The notes beneath the pieces are model-generated. The model had not been told where the DNA came from, ran no database searches, and saw nothing but the letters and a program-made list of their open reading frames with translations. Shown here in pieces: positions 1 to 11,230 of a stretch of 34,650 nucleotides of DNA. The DNA comes from Octopus bimaculoides (Eukaryota). The DNA lies in NCBI RefSeq assembly GCF_001194135.2, contig NC_068991.1, forward strand, positions 4,875,397 to 4,910,046. Direction: 5' to 3'. Every line of letters begins with the position of its first letter. Within the stretch, counting starts at the first letter, position 1. Both the position numbers and the translations under genes were made by a program.

Positions 1-128
1 TATATATATATCTTGTTTTGTTTAATGGTAATTTATATTCGAGCTGAGATTTTCGAAATCTGGGAAACGCTAAAGGCGGCTGAAATGTAAATACACTTCT
101 AAGACTGCTTTATTGGATATAATGACTT

Positions 129-256
129 TGATGATGAAAATGACGATGGCGACGATTACGACGACGACGACGACGATGATGATGATGATTGTAATGATAA
201 TGACGATGATTATGACGACGACGATAATGGTGATGATGATGTTTAGAATGATGACG
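129..256. repeat. Degenerate (GAT/GAC)n trinucleotide microsatellite
   Basis: Runs of gatgatgat and gacgacgac are directly visible. Confidence 0.9.
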
Positions 257-296
257 AAACTCCAAGATTAACAGTTACAATTACAATGATAATAAC

Positions 297-332
297 AAGA
301 AGAAGAAGAAGAAGAAGAAGAAGAAGAAGAAG
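297..332. repeat. (AAG)n microsatellite
   Basis: About 12 perfect AAG units, abutting the 3' end of the minus-strand element at 333-640. Confidence 0.95.
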
Positions 333-640
333 ATTGATTTCATTTATTTGCTACGAGGGCGAAAGATGAGGGGGACAATACAGAGACAGACATAAAGTGG
401 GGGGTCTACATATAATAATGAAATGATTGAAAAAGAAAAGTATACACGGTATACACTGGGAAAGAAGGGACATGTGCGTAGTATACAGAGGTACGAACAA
501 ATAAACAAAAAAGTGGTCGGCGGAAGGATGATTGAGGTGTGGCTCTCGTGATAGAGGAACGCCTCTAGGGATAATCGAGGAACCCAACTGTCCGAGATTT
601 GCCTGAAATCCCGGAACACTCACAGGTCTGCAATTAGAGG
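333..640 (-). mobile_element. Probable 3' end/3'UTR of a non-LTR retrotransposon (possibly L1/Tx1-like) carrying tail type 2
   Basis: Its minus-strand 3' end (plus strand atttcatttatttgctacgagggc...ggggacaatacagagacagaca) resembles the SINE tail at 27913-27968, but the upstream sequence is not SINE. It runs directly into (TTC)n on its own strand. No protein motif recognised; the clade is inference. Confidence 0.4.
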
Positions 641-866
641 GGTACCATCAATTAAAGACGTCACAGTTTTGCATCTTCGTGGGTTTTTCTTTGTTTTTAC
701 ATTTTCATTTAGCTGCAGGTCCGCCTTAACATTTCATAGCACACACATCTGCTCAAGACCCTTCCAGTTGTGACCACACCGTAACATTTCTAACCAAACT
801 ATTTTCCTTTTCCCTTTCAAACAGATATTCTTAATAAGAATTAGCTGATATGTGTAATAGAACCAG

Positions 867-1075
867 AGCGGCGAGGTGGCAGAATCATTGAAGTTCTGCA
901 CAAAGTGCTAGACGGTAATTCTTCCGACATCTGAGTTCAAATTCCGCCGAGTTCGACTTTGCCTTTCATCCATTCGGGGTAGATAAATTAAGTACCAGTT
1001 GCGTTTTGAGATTGATCTAATCGACTGCCTCTCTCCCCCAAAATTTCGGGCCTTGTGCCTAGATTAGAAAAGAAT
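867..1075 (+). mobile_element. tRNA-derived SINE, family A (Meta/MESC-like core), tail type 1
   Basis: A-box-like TGGCAGAATCA, B-box GAGTTCAAATTCC (933-945), core GTTCGACTTTGCCTTTCATCCATTCGGGGTAGATAAATTAAGTACC, tail cccccaaaatttcgggccttgtgcctagattagaaaagaat. Alignable by eye to the copies at 14855, 27720 and 33645. Confidence 0.9.
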
Positions 1076-1886
1076 ATCCAGGTCTATATACCAAATGAGA
1101 CCACCTCCACAAAAAAAAAAACAATGCTGGCTCTGTGAAAAAAATATTTAAATCCGAAATTTATAACAGGTCCTATGCTTGACCAGTATAATGTTCCCTC
1201 ACTATTTTTCTGTTCTTTTTTTTATTTGGTTACATGCTTCATTAATAGGAAGTCAGACGTTCAAGTCATCCCACAGACACATGCTCAATAAACGAAGCGA
1301 CGCTTATCTAGATTTCTGTTAATATTCATGTCAATAATATAATCAACGCTGATTATTTTTTAACAACCAGCCTTCAAGGTAGTTATTATATATTCTCATG
1401 GGAAAAAATGTAAACTAGAATAAAAAAAAAAGAAATAGAATAACAAAATAAAAAAAGTTTAACTTCAGATCGATCTAAAACGAGATTAAATGTATTAAGG
1501 AAAAAAAATTAAAGATATTCACGTTAAAATAATTTTATATTGAACAAATTCCGTAAAATCCTATGAAAATTTATGTTAATTTAGTTTTTATGGCATGTTT
1601 CGTATTAGCATTCATTCAAATTCGATTTTTTCTCATTGCTTGAAGAATTTTACTATCTCTAATGTCATAACGTTAAGGTTGTACATGTCACAGTGGTGTT
1701 TAAGAAAAGTGATATGAAACATAACGTGACATACGACACCCACCTAACTTGTATAACTCACTTCTGTCTTCACTTTTTTACCTGTGGGTCACACACACTC
1801 TTGCTCTGTCTGTCTTTCTCACTCTCCATTGCTAGTTCTCCCTCTCTCTCGCTAACTATTCACCCGTCTATCCTTCACGCTCACTG

Positions 1887-1887
<1 letters not shown>

Positions 1888-1922
<35 letters not shown>

Positions 1923-2077
1923 GCTCTTTGGCTTTGTGTTATATATTCATATCTCTCTCTCTCTCTCCTTCTCTTTCACTCTCTCATAATATATGTGTGT
2001 ATGCGCGCCAGTGTGTGTGTGTGCGTGAGTGTGTGAATGCATGTATACACACACATATATATTATTTACATTTGTGG

Positions 2078-2158
<81 letters not shown>

Positions 2159-2202
2159 TTCGAAACGTGGAGTAGATGGATGGATGGATTGATGGATGGA
2201 TG

Positions 2203-2265
<63 letters not shown>

Positions 2266-2276
2266 GGATGGATGGG

Positions 2277-2320
<44 letters not shown>

Positions 2321-2415
2321 CAGATAGATAGATAAGCAGACAGGTGTGTAGATATATAGATATATAGATAAAATTTATATATGTGCGTATGCATATATGT
2401 ATAATCACGGGTGTG

Positions 2416-2446
<31 letters not shown>
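1888..2446. repeat. Compound microsatellite block: (CT)n, (GT)n, (TA)n, (GATG)n, (GATA)n
   Basis: Directly visible: (TA)n about 2083-2155 and (GATG)n/(GATA)n about 2174-2335; the block ends at an N-gap. Confidence 0.95.
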
Positions 2447-2469
2447 NNNNNNNNNNNNNNNNNNNNNNN
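2447..2469. other. Assembly gap (N run)
   Basis: Run of n flanked by (TA)n. Confidence 1.
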
Positions 2470-2729
2470 ATATATATGCAAGTGTGCGTTTGTTTTAACG
2501 TACTACAAACAGAACATTATGCTAGCATTAGAACTTATCAGCCATCTTTCTTAATGTGTGATCGTGTGTCCTCGTCATGATTAATCACGTAAATGTCCAT
2601 TGTCTTTAGAAAAAGTAGGATTTGCTCAACCGCTCCCTACTTTTATTTGGAACATGCTGCACCTGTCATTGTACCTCTTTCTCTCTGAATGGAAGACCAT
2701 AGTTTATTGCTTCTTACACAATAATCTGA

Positions 2730-3144
2730 TACTTGCGTCTTTCATTAGACTGTGGCGCCGCCTTGGGACGCCGGCTTGGGACGCTCCCTTGCGTCACCGG
2801 CTTGAAGAATTTTAGTTGAATGAACTGACACCAGTATATATTCATTTTCAAGTAACTATTCATTTTACTTATTTATAGGTCTCACTATACCGGATCTCTA
2901 TCTTACTGGAGCATAAATACACCAGCACCGGCTGTCAAACACACACACACACACTCACACACACATATATATATATATATATATACATATATATATTCGA
3001 CGGGTTTCTTTCTGTTTCCGTTTACCAAATGCATTCACAAGTCCAGACGAAGGTATATTAGGAGACACTTGCTGGAGGTGCCACCTACTGCGATTGAACC
3101 CAAATTCATGCGGTTAAGTTTCTTACCACATTACCACGCCTGCA
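2730..3144 (-). mobile_element. Composite SINE, family B: tRNA head + CORE-like domain + internal (CA)/(TA) microsatellite + Meta-like 3' module + tail type 3
   Basis: 2997-3144 is the reverse complement of the CORE-type head seen at 15459 and 30464. It is followed on its strand by the microsatellite (about 2939-2996) and then a module matching 11118-11230 and 20061-20110 (tacttg..tcattagactgtggc...caccggcttgaag). Confidence 0.7.
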
Positions 3145-3534
3145 TTTCCTACTTGCAATAATTTATGATTGCTTTGCTAGCAAAATATTAAATGAAGTAT
3201 TGCTGACCAAATAGGTGTATATGGAATATTGAAAATTTACAAAAATAATATCATGAAAAATTAGGAAAAAATTTAGTCGTTATCGAGACCTGTAGCCGAA
3301 TTCATTGGCTAAATGCAAGTAAAAAAAAAAGAATATATAAAAGAAATATCCGATTTACGGCTTCACCGTGGATAGAGGAATTGGAATTTTTATCCATGGG
3401 GGATTGTAAAACAGCTCGTAGACATCTGAAAATATGTAACGCTTGTGAAGATGAAAGCTATGATATATTTTTTTATTATCCAAAATATAAAATAGATATG
3501 CAGAGTACTGTACATAGTACCGGTATAAAACAGA

Positions 3535-3765
3535 CATATGTGTGTGTGTATGTGTGTGTATGTGTGTGTGTATGTGTGTGTGTGTGTATACAAATATAAT
3601 GACGCATATATTGAGATATAACTATGCAAAATATACGGAAACATGTATAAATATACACATACATATATATATATAAATATGCACACATACATACATATCA
3701 ACATACATGCATACATACATACATGCACACACACATACATACATACATACATACATACATACATA
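3535..3765. repeat. (GT)n and (CATA)n microsatellite block
   Basis: Directly visible. Confidence 0.9.
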
Positions 3766-4015
3766 CAAGGTTAAGTCAAAAATTATACACGCTCGTGATT
3801 CTGTAATCTATTAAAACAGAAGCAGAGTTTAAAAAACTGCATCATTTTTCGACATAGTCTCTCTGCTTTTCGATGCACTCCTTGCGATTGTCCACAATCT
3901 TGGTTATTCCATTGGACAAGGCTTTCGGCTGGTTGCGTAGCCTTTTCGCTTTTTCGCCTGGTCCACATCGACGACCACGTAAACGATGTTTGAGCGATCC
4001 GAAGAAATAATAATA
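3766..4015 (-). mobile_element. Mariner (Tc1/mariner) DNA transposon relic: transposase C-terminus + 3' terminal repeat
   Basis: The minus-strand frame ending at 3842 reads YFFGSLKHRLRGRR...LRNQPKALSNGITKIVDNRKECIEKQRDYVEK*, matching the mariner C-terminal pattern (LFGxLKxxLRGRRF...GIxKLxxRWxKCIExxGDYVEK*). The end TA|CAAGGTTAAGTCAAAAATTAT at 3764-3786 fits a TA-flanked terminal inverted repeat. Confidence 0.85.
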
Positions 4016-5139
4016 TACGTATTTCTGCATGTATCTATGTATGCATGTATATGTATGTATGGAAGGTAGGAGATGTGACATGTACATGCGGATCGATTGC
4101 TGGTTGAGTAGATGCATAGTTATTGATATTACTCTGTGTGTATTGCGCATTTGGTGTAGAGTGAGGAGGTATTATATTATATTCACATCTCAAATTGCTT
4201 GCACGATTTCCTCGTTTATTTCTAATTTACCATCGTTTAATTCTAACTATTTGCATCTCCTGGTTCCCACTTGTAGTTTAACCCCAAGTCAATCCAAATG
4301 AGCAAACCTATCGGAAAGACACTTCTAAACCACGTGATCTATCTTTCCAATTATATGTAGGACATTATTATATAACGTCCGCTCTCTTTTCTCAATACGC
4401 TTGGGTGTGATTTGAGAAACATTTGCTCTCCATTTCTAGCAGTTTGAGCGACCAAGTAGAGAATAATTCTTTAGATCTTTCCTTTCATCTCACCAAATTC
4501 GATAAAATGAATACAAATTGCCGTAGTTGTCCTTAATGGGTAGATTGATCTCTGCAATGAATGATCCCGTTCGACGAAACATAAATCGTTATGGCATTTC
4601 GCACTACATTGACTTACACATCTATTCATATTTTCTGATCATAAACAGGCAGAAACACGTTTTATAGTCACCCTATTCCTAGGGACAGACCTAAGGGATG
4701 ATTTAATTATCAAATAAAAGATTGCGCTCAGGTTCTTAATATCCACCTAATTTCACCGTACGCCAAATTTGAACTTCTCACCTCATAATTCCGGTCCTAT
4801 TCTAGACATAGACTTCACTTGCTAGTCATAACACATTTACTTTACTATATCACTATATTAGATTACATTATTCCCCCAAAACATGAGTCAACAAATGCGC
4901 CTCTACGTAGTCGCTTAACTTACCATGAATAGCAGACAAGTCTCCCTCAAATTTCATTTCACGGCCTTAAATAAGAACATGCCAAGTAATAGAGTTTTGT
5001 AGTTCGCTTGAAGCATTGTTTATTGTTCGTAAAATTCAAGAAACACTATATGTTATGCTACGTAATTTCTTCCCAGGTACAATCAGGATTATTATCTTTG
5101 GGTCGAGCTTGCTGATGTTAATGGAGATTTGGTTGCAAA

Positions 5140-5250
5140 ATGTACGTTTCTCACACGATGAACCTATTAACGTAATAATTCAGATTAGCGTGGCTTAACT
5201 TCGGCGATCAGAAGTTAACCGGTGTTTCGAAAGTAATGTGTCCGACAGAC
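5140..5250 (-). pseudogene. Decayed 5S rRNA copy (5S pseudogene or 5S-derived SINE head)
   Basis: 5173-5250 aligns almost ungapped, about 70% by eye, to the reverse complement of a recalled invertebrate 5S 5' half, including GCTTAACTTCGG and AACCGGTGTTT. A weaker match continues to about 5140. Too diverged to be a functional 5S gene. Confidence 0.75.
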
Positions 5251-5473
5251 AACGAATATTTTTAAGATCAGGATTTTCATGACTAAAATTCAGTTTGATC
5301 ATGCAAACACTTGATACCAGTAGCTCCGATGATAGGCATCAAAAACAGCTGCATTGCACCACCTTATGAAATATTTTCAATTCAATTCGCAAATTTAATT
5401 TCCTTTCTGTATTCGATTAGTCAATAAATGAAGTACGAGTAGAGTATTGTCAACAACGTGAATTAGGTTGCTT

Positions 5474-5660
5474 CCGGACGAAATGCCTAGTGGTATTTCG
5501 TCTGTCCTTGCGTTCTGATTTCAAATTCCGCTGAGGTTGACATTGTCTTTCATCCTTTCAGAGTAAATAAATTAAGTACTAGTTGTGTACTAGGGTCGAT
5601 CTAATCGACTGGCACCCTCCCCCAAAATTCCGGGCCTTGTGCTTAGAGTAGAAAAGTATT
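5474..5660 (+). mobile_element. Family A SINE, 5'-truncated, tail type 1
   Basis: ttcaaattccgctgaggttgacattgtctttcatcctttcagagtaaataaattaagtact...cccccaaaattccgggccttgtgcttagagtagaaaagtatt matches the other copies. Confidence 0.9.
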
Positions 5661-5689
5661 AGGCAACTTCTAGCAAAGCGTTTGCCTTA

Positions 5690-5937
5690 TGTCAACTTTA
5701 GGTGTTTTGATGAGAGTACGACCTCACCTTGCGATAGACTGGTCCGAGTAAAGTATAAAGATCAACGATCCTAGTGAGATTCAGAGTGGAACGAAGTTCG
5801 TGTTAGTTCGCACTGAAGTCGGAAGTTCTCGGCTGGTTAGTTCACAACGAATATTGATTGTTGGTTCATAAAGATATTTGTTAGTTCTTTACTTTGTTTT
5901 TACTGTTGCCTGGTTATCTTATTTATCGTACGTAACA
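5690..5937 (+). mobile_element. Possible solo LTR
   Basis: Starts TGTCA, ends TAACA, has a TATA-like gtataaag near 5752 and a T-rich 3' part. No matching target-site duplication was found, so support is weak. Confidence 0.25.
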
Positions 5938-6350
5938 AGTTATGTTACAATATTAGGAATTAATAATAAATTTTGAATATTCTGTAAAATTGTTTACGGC
6001 GATACTATTAGCAGCTAACCAAATCTTGTTGAAATATTCGAATGAGCAACGCAGAGCACAGTCAATAGGAAATTCTATCTCTTGTTGTTGGCTTCTTGTT
6101 ATGTTTCGTTTGTTATTCATCCTACGTGGTAGTTTTATTTCTCAAAATCCTAATGATAGACTTAATTAAGATATTCTGATGACTTTTAAAATTATAAACG
6201 GGAAACAAAATAACATCCAGACATGTCTGAAGGGCAAGCAAAAATAGTTGCACCCTAATGACAGCGGAGAAAAAAAAATTCTACGCAAATTACGCAGGAA
6301 AAAATTTCAACATTTTGAATAACAAAAAACATTAAAAATAACAGGTGCAC

Positions 6351-6398
6351 ATGGAGTACACATAGAATGGAGTACACATAGAATGGAGTACACATAGA
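6351..6398. repeat. Perfect tandem repeat, 16 bp x 3 (ATGGAGTACACATAGA)
   Basis: Three identical copies are directly visible. Confidence 0.95.
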
Positions 6399-6780
6399 AA
6401 TTTGTAGAAAACATTTTTCTTCACAGAGATTTCCAAATGTTATGGCATATAAAGATGTTTTAGTTCTAAACGTAGAATGGTGTGTGGATCAAAATTTTAC
6501 GACTGTGTTACAAGAAACACCATCTTGTTGATTAGAAATTACTCCTCAAACTGACATAGTTCCTATCTTGAATGTCTACTAAAACGATATAGATTTAGAG
6601 GGCATCCAAAATACCCAGATTTCATGATGGGCAGTGCTTAGTCCATCAACGTGTGCCGTGCAGTAATGTCTGCTTGATTCTTTGCTTTTTGCTACCCTAC
6701 TTGCACAAAATATTGGTGAGTGGTAAGTACGAAAGTGACTAGGAATGATATATATCTAGATTAAAATTATGCATCCGTTT

Positions 6781-7368
6781 CTGGCAGAATCGTTAGCACG
6801 CCGGGCTAGATATTTAACGGCGTTTTGTCCGTCATTACGGTCTGAAGTCAAACTCGGCCTTTCATCCTTTAGGAGGGGGGGTCGATAAATTAAGTACCAG
6901 TTGTGTACTGGGTCGATCTAATCGACTGGCCCCGTCCTCGCCAAATTTTAGGCCATGTGCCTACAGTAGAAAAGAATCGTTAGAACGGCGGGCGTAATGC
7001 TTAATGGCATTTCGTCTGTTCAATTTCCGCCGAGTTCGCTTTTGCCTTTCATCCTTTCAAGGTCGATAAATTAAATACCACTTGTGTACTGGGTCAATCT
7101 ATTCAACTGGCCCCCTCCCTCCAGATTTTAGGCCCTACGCCTATAGTGGAAAGGAATCGTTGAAACGGCAAGCGTAATGCTTAATGGCATTTCGTCTGTC
7201 GCTACGTTCTGATTTCAAATTCCGCCGAGGTCGACTTTACCTTTCATCCTTTCGGGGTCGATAAATATAGTACCAGTTGTGTACTGGGGTCAATCGAATC
7301 GACTGGCCCCCTCCCCCAAAATTTCAGACCTTGTGTCTAGAGTAGAAAAGAATTGTTAGCAAGCCGGG
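6781..7368 (+). mobile_element. Head-to-tail trimer of family A SINE plus the start of a fourth unit
   Basis: Units restart at (C/T)GTT 6791, 6978, 7158 and 7354 (spacings 187, 180, 196 bp). Each complete unit has the core and tail type 1; junctions read ...gaaaAGAAT|CGTTAG. Confidence 0.92.
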
Positions 7369-8164
7369 AAAGACACACACATACATAGACACACACATAT
7401 ATAGACACACACATTCATACCCTCTCTCACACACTCACAAACACCCGCACACGCTCAGAAACTCACACAAACATGCGTACACACAGGGAAACAATTAAAC
7501 TCTGGCCGTTCACTGAGACTTTGTCGACCGTTGAGATCCTGTGCGTGAGAGGGTAACATTTTTTACAAGTGTGTGTGGTACACATATGTATGCATTTATG
7601 CATAACACAGCGTATCTAACCTTTGAAACAGTAGATATGTACATGATGAAACTTTCTATTGATTGTTACCTACAAGTATACCGTTCTTTTCATGAAACCA
7701 TATCAGTTTTCCGAAAATATGAAAAAAAAAGTGTGTAAAATAAGACGAAACTGAACCTCATCGTTGTTTGAGAGAAGTTTATTTAGTCGCTTCTTATCTT
7801 CTCCCCTTAATACAAACGTCTCGGATTTAACGATAGAACATTTCTCGTCAATACTGTATGCCGGATGTATTTTCGATTTCTGATCAACGCAATATTACAT
7901 TATGTCCTCTTAACAATTGTTCATATCTGTTTTATTTTTTGGAATTTTTTTCTGTTTTTCTTTTTACGCTTGAGACTTCTCCGGTTTCAGCTACTGGTTG
8001 TGGCTATATAGCACCAGGACCACTGCTGTCAAAGAAAATATCGACAATATCCAACACAGTACTTATCTAATACTTGTTTTATCGCTCTGGGAAGCATCGA
8101 AAACTAGAGAAAATCCTGCGTAGGCAGGGTTTGAGTAGAGAACATAAACGAAAGTAAACTAACA

Positions 8165-8266
8165 GACGCAAGTGTGGGTATGTGGTAAGAAACCTGCTTT
8201 CCAACCATATGGTTCTGGGTTCAGACTCACTGTGTGCTACCTTGGATGGGTGTTTTCTAGTATTGC
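8165..8266 (+). mobile_element. Family B (CORE-type) SINE head fragment
   Basis: gtggtaagaaacctgctttccaaccatatggttctgggttcagactcactgtgtgctaccttgg aligns to 15459-15560. Confidence 0.75.
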
Positions 8267-8548
8267 AGAATTTTCAGTTATTTTCTCTGTGGTCATGCTG
8301 CAGCAAATCCTTTACAAATCGTCGAGAACTTTTCTACTCTTAAAAGGATTTTATCCTTTTATAGTAATGGTATGACAACAAAAGAATGAATGAGACTTCG
8401 CTATTACGTAAATAGAGGATTTATCTGTAATGTAATATGTGAGAATTATTCGGTTGCCATAATGAAACTCCCAGTTTCTAAGGTATTTTTCGATGTTACA
8501 TCCATCAATGTGAGTGTTGAGCACTGATTTTTATCGTTTGACATTTAC

Positions 8549-8584
<36 letters not shown>

Positions 8585-8585
<1 letters not shown>

Positions 8586-8740
8586 GGACGGGTTTCCACG
8601 TAATTTCCGTTAAGGAAATTCACTAACAAGGCATTGGTTGATCTAAGTTTAAAGTAAAGAAAAACTTTACCAACATGGAGCACAATTAGACAGAACGCAA
8701 ATGTACGTGGATCCAAAACTACACAGCCATGCTTGCGCCT
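8585..8740 (-). mobile_element. Family B (CORE-type) SINE head, old/diverged
   Basis: gacgggtttccacgtaatttccgttaaggaaattcactaacaaggcattggt...acacagccatgcttgcgcc parallels 2997-3144 and is followed on its strand by (TA)n at about 8548-8582. Confidence 0.6.
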
Positions 8741-8825
8741 CTGTCTCTCTCTATCGCTTCCTTTCTCTCTGACTCTCTCTCTCTCTGACTCTCATCTCCC
8801 TCCCCCCTCTCCCTCTCTCTCTCTT

Positions 8826-8865
<40 letters not shown>

Positions 8866-9621
8866 AGTTTCAGTTATTTCTTTCAATACATTCCTTCACA
8901 TTTTCAACGTCCTCAGTATTTCAGTATTTTTTTTTTCTCCCATGCCAATCAAATTTATTGAATCACACATTTCTCGTTTAGCATTTCAACGTTAAATTCT
9001 GCAAAATTCAGAAACTAAATTTTATCAAAATCTAGACATCTATTTGAATTATTGATTTCATTTTGAGCCTTCTAGAAATGTTCTATCACAAATTTTAAAC
9101 ATTTCATGCTATATTGTTCTTCTCTGTTTGTGTTTATTTCTTTTCTCTGTTGATTTTCTTTTATTTATGTATTCCTCTAATTTTAACCTGTATAAATATG
9201 CTGTAAATTTTTAATATATATGCATTTTTGACCTAGAAACAGAAGTGGTAAATATATGGATGCTGTTTACGAATTCTGAAAGGTCATAAATTTTTAAAAA
9301 TATATAAAATCTACATCATGTACAGAGGCATTTCGAAACTGTGATAAGCTTAATATTTCTCAAATTAGACAGGATACACACGCACACACAAACACACACA
9401 CCACTCACACACTCACACACACACATACACGCGCAAATAAATTTATGTACTCGTGTTTTGAGCTCTATTTTCTTGTTTCCAACGCCAAACCTACATATTT
9501 GTGTGTATATGTATGTGTGCACGCGTGTGTGTGTGTACTTCTTCGTGTGTCTCCTATCCATGGTTTGACAGTCGGTGATTGTTTGTTAACGTCCTGTTAC
9601 CTTTTTGTAAATATGCCCGTA

Positions 9622-9735
9622 GAATAAGAACCAGTGTAAAAAGTTAGGGCTTTGGTCGATTTGTCGGACTAAACCCTTCCAGGGCGTTGTCCAGCACGGT
9701 CTATGTGTAATGGCTGGTACAAGCAAAAGATAAAA
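9622..9735 (+). mobile_element. SINE 3' module: end of Meta-like core + tail type 3
   Basis: aataagaaccagt...ggtcgatttgtcggactaaa followed by tccagcacggtctatgtgtaatggctggtacaagcaaaaga, which aligns to the reverse complement of 20061-20109. Confidence 0.65.
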
Positions 9736-10229
9736 TACATGTGTGGTGGAGTGTGTGAGTCAGAGCATGCGCGTGCGTGAGTGCGCGCGCGCGTGTGTGT
9801 GTGTGTGTATGTTCGTGTCGGTGTTTGTGAGTATAGAGGCAGGGATATAGAGAATTATGTTAGTCAAAATAGCTAGAGCTACAGGAGTAAGATTGCCTCT
9901 AACATGAACAGTTAAGGAGATTATTTTCATATAGACTATGCTCAATCTTCAATCATACATCATTATTCTTTTATATAAAGAGCTTTGTTGAAGTAGCAAT
10001 TTTGATATCTATATTCCCATTTTTTAAACGATATAACCCATAGGATATATATACATACCACAATACAAAGAATCGCGTATATATGTGTGCGTATGTAAGA
10101 GGCTGAGAGAGGGTCTGTGTGTACGGGTGCTATTTGTATATACATATGTATATATGTATGATTGTATGTACCTGTTTATTTAGCCGCATACGTTTATAAA
10201 TCTACAAAGATACATGGCAACATTTGTGC

Positions 10230-10315
<86 letters not shown>

Positions 10316-10329
10316 CTCTCTCTCTCTCT
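10230..10329. repeat. (CT)n microsatellite, about 100 bp
   Basis: Directly visible. Confidence 0.95.
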
Positions 10330-10859
10330 CACTCTTTCTCATCATTTTATTTATTTATTTTCAACTCTGTCGATAGGTCTAGCTATCTGAAATTATATCC
10401 TTTATCGGCATTCTCTTCATATTCCGGTTTGTTGATTCACATAAGTGGGTGAATAATAAAAATACAATAAAACAAGTAAATACACACTACAGAGAGAAGA
10501 ACATGATCAGCGAAGAAAAAAGATCACCTTAACACGCAAGCACAAATTGGTAATAGTGTCGACATATCTCACTGAAGCTTTGTATAAACAGGCGATCGTT
10601 GCATCCATTTATTGTGAGAAGCAGACGACAGAAATCATTATTCTGATCAATATAGATATCAGTGTAATTTCTAAGGCAAAAATCTGCATCTGCACAAAAT
10701 CCAATTGGAGACATATCCTTTGATTTCTTTGGCTTGTTTCAATCACTGGAGTGCGAAAATGTTGGGGTAGGACTTTGAAAAGTTTAGTCAAACAAATGGT
10801 AACTAGTCGTCCGCTACTTATTCCATCCGGGTATTTTGGGGCATTTTTTTTGTTTTTGA

Positions 10860-10965
10860 TTTTTCCGAACCTCTAATTTAAGGTAACGGAAACAAACCAA
10901 CAGTATTGTCAAAATTTATGGGGACACACACAAAGATAGCAACACTGACATTCACACAGACGCAC
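10860..10965 (-). mobile_element. Diverged internal segment of family B SINE
   Basis: ttttccgaacctctaatttaagg...aaacaaaccaacagtattgtcaa...ggggacacacac resembles 2885-2945 and leads into CA-rich repeats. Confidence 0.4.
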
Positions 10966-11079
10966 ATTAATATGTATATGATGCTTAGCAAAATTCACAC
11001 AGACACACAGGTTGGACCGGAGATATAATGGAAGATTATTGCACAAGATCTCGCGCGGTAGGCCTGAAAGAGAAACCAC

Positions 11080-11117
<38 letters not shown>

Positions 11118-11119
<2 letters not shown>

Positions 11120-11230
11120 TTTTACTTGTTTCAGTCATTTGCATGCCGCTATGCTGTTGCACCGTCTTTAGTTGAACAAATCACCCCCAGGATTTATTCT
11201 TTGTAAGCCTAGTACTTATTCTATCGGCCT
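11118..11230 (-). mobile_element. SINE 3' module (family B type) with tail type 3
   Basis: cttttacttgtttcagtcatttgcatgccgctatgctgttgcaccgtctttagttgaacaaatcacccccagg...agtacttattctatcgg is the same module as 2730-2880 and 9622-9735. Confidence 0.75.

Noticed and set aside
121-260. Poly-Asp coding stretch
   Set aside because: A trinucleotide microsatellite with stops and no ORF context.
867-960. SINE heads as tRNA genes
   Set aside because: They have A/B boxes but no cloverleaf and continue into the SINE body, so they were called SINEs.
6781-7368. Regularly spaced repeats as a CRISPR array
   Set aside because: The units are 180-196 bp SINE bodies with no unique spacers, in eukaryotic DNA.
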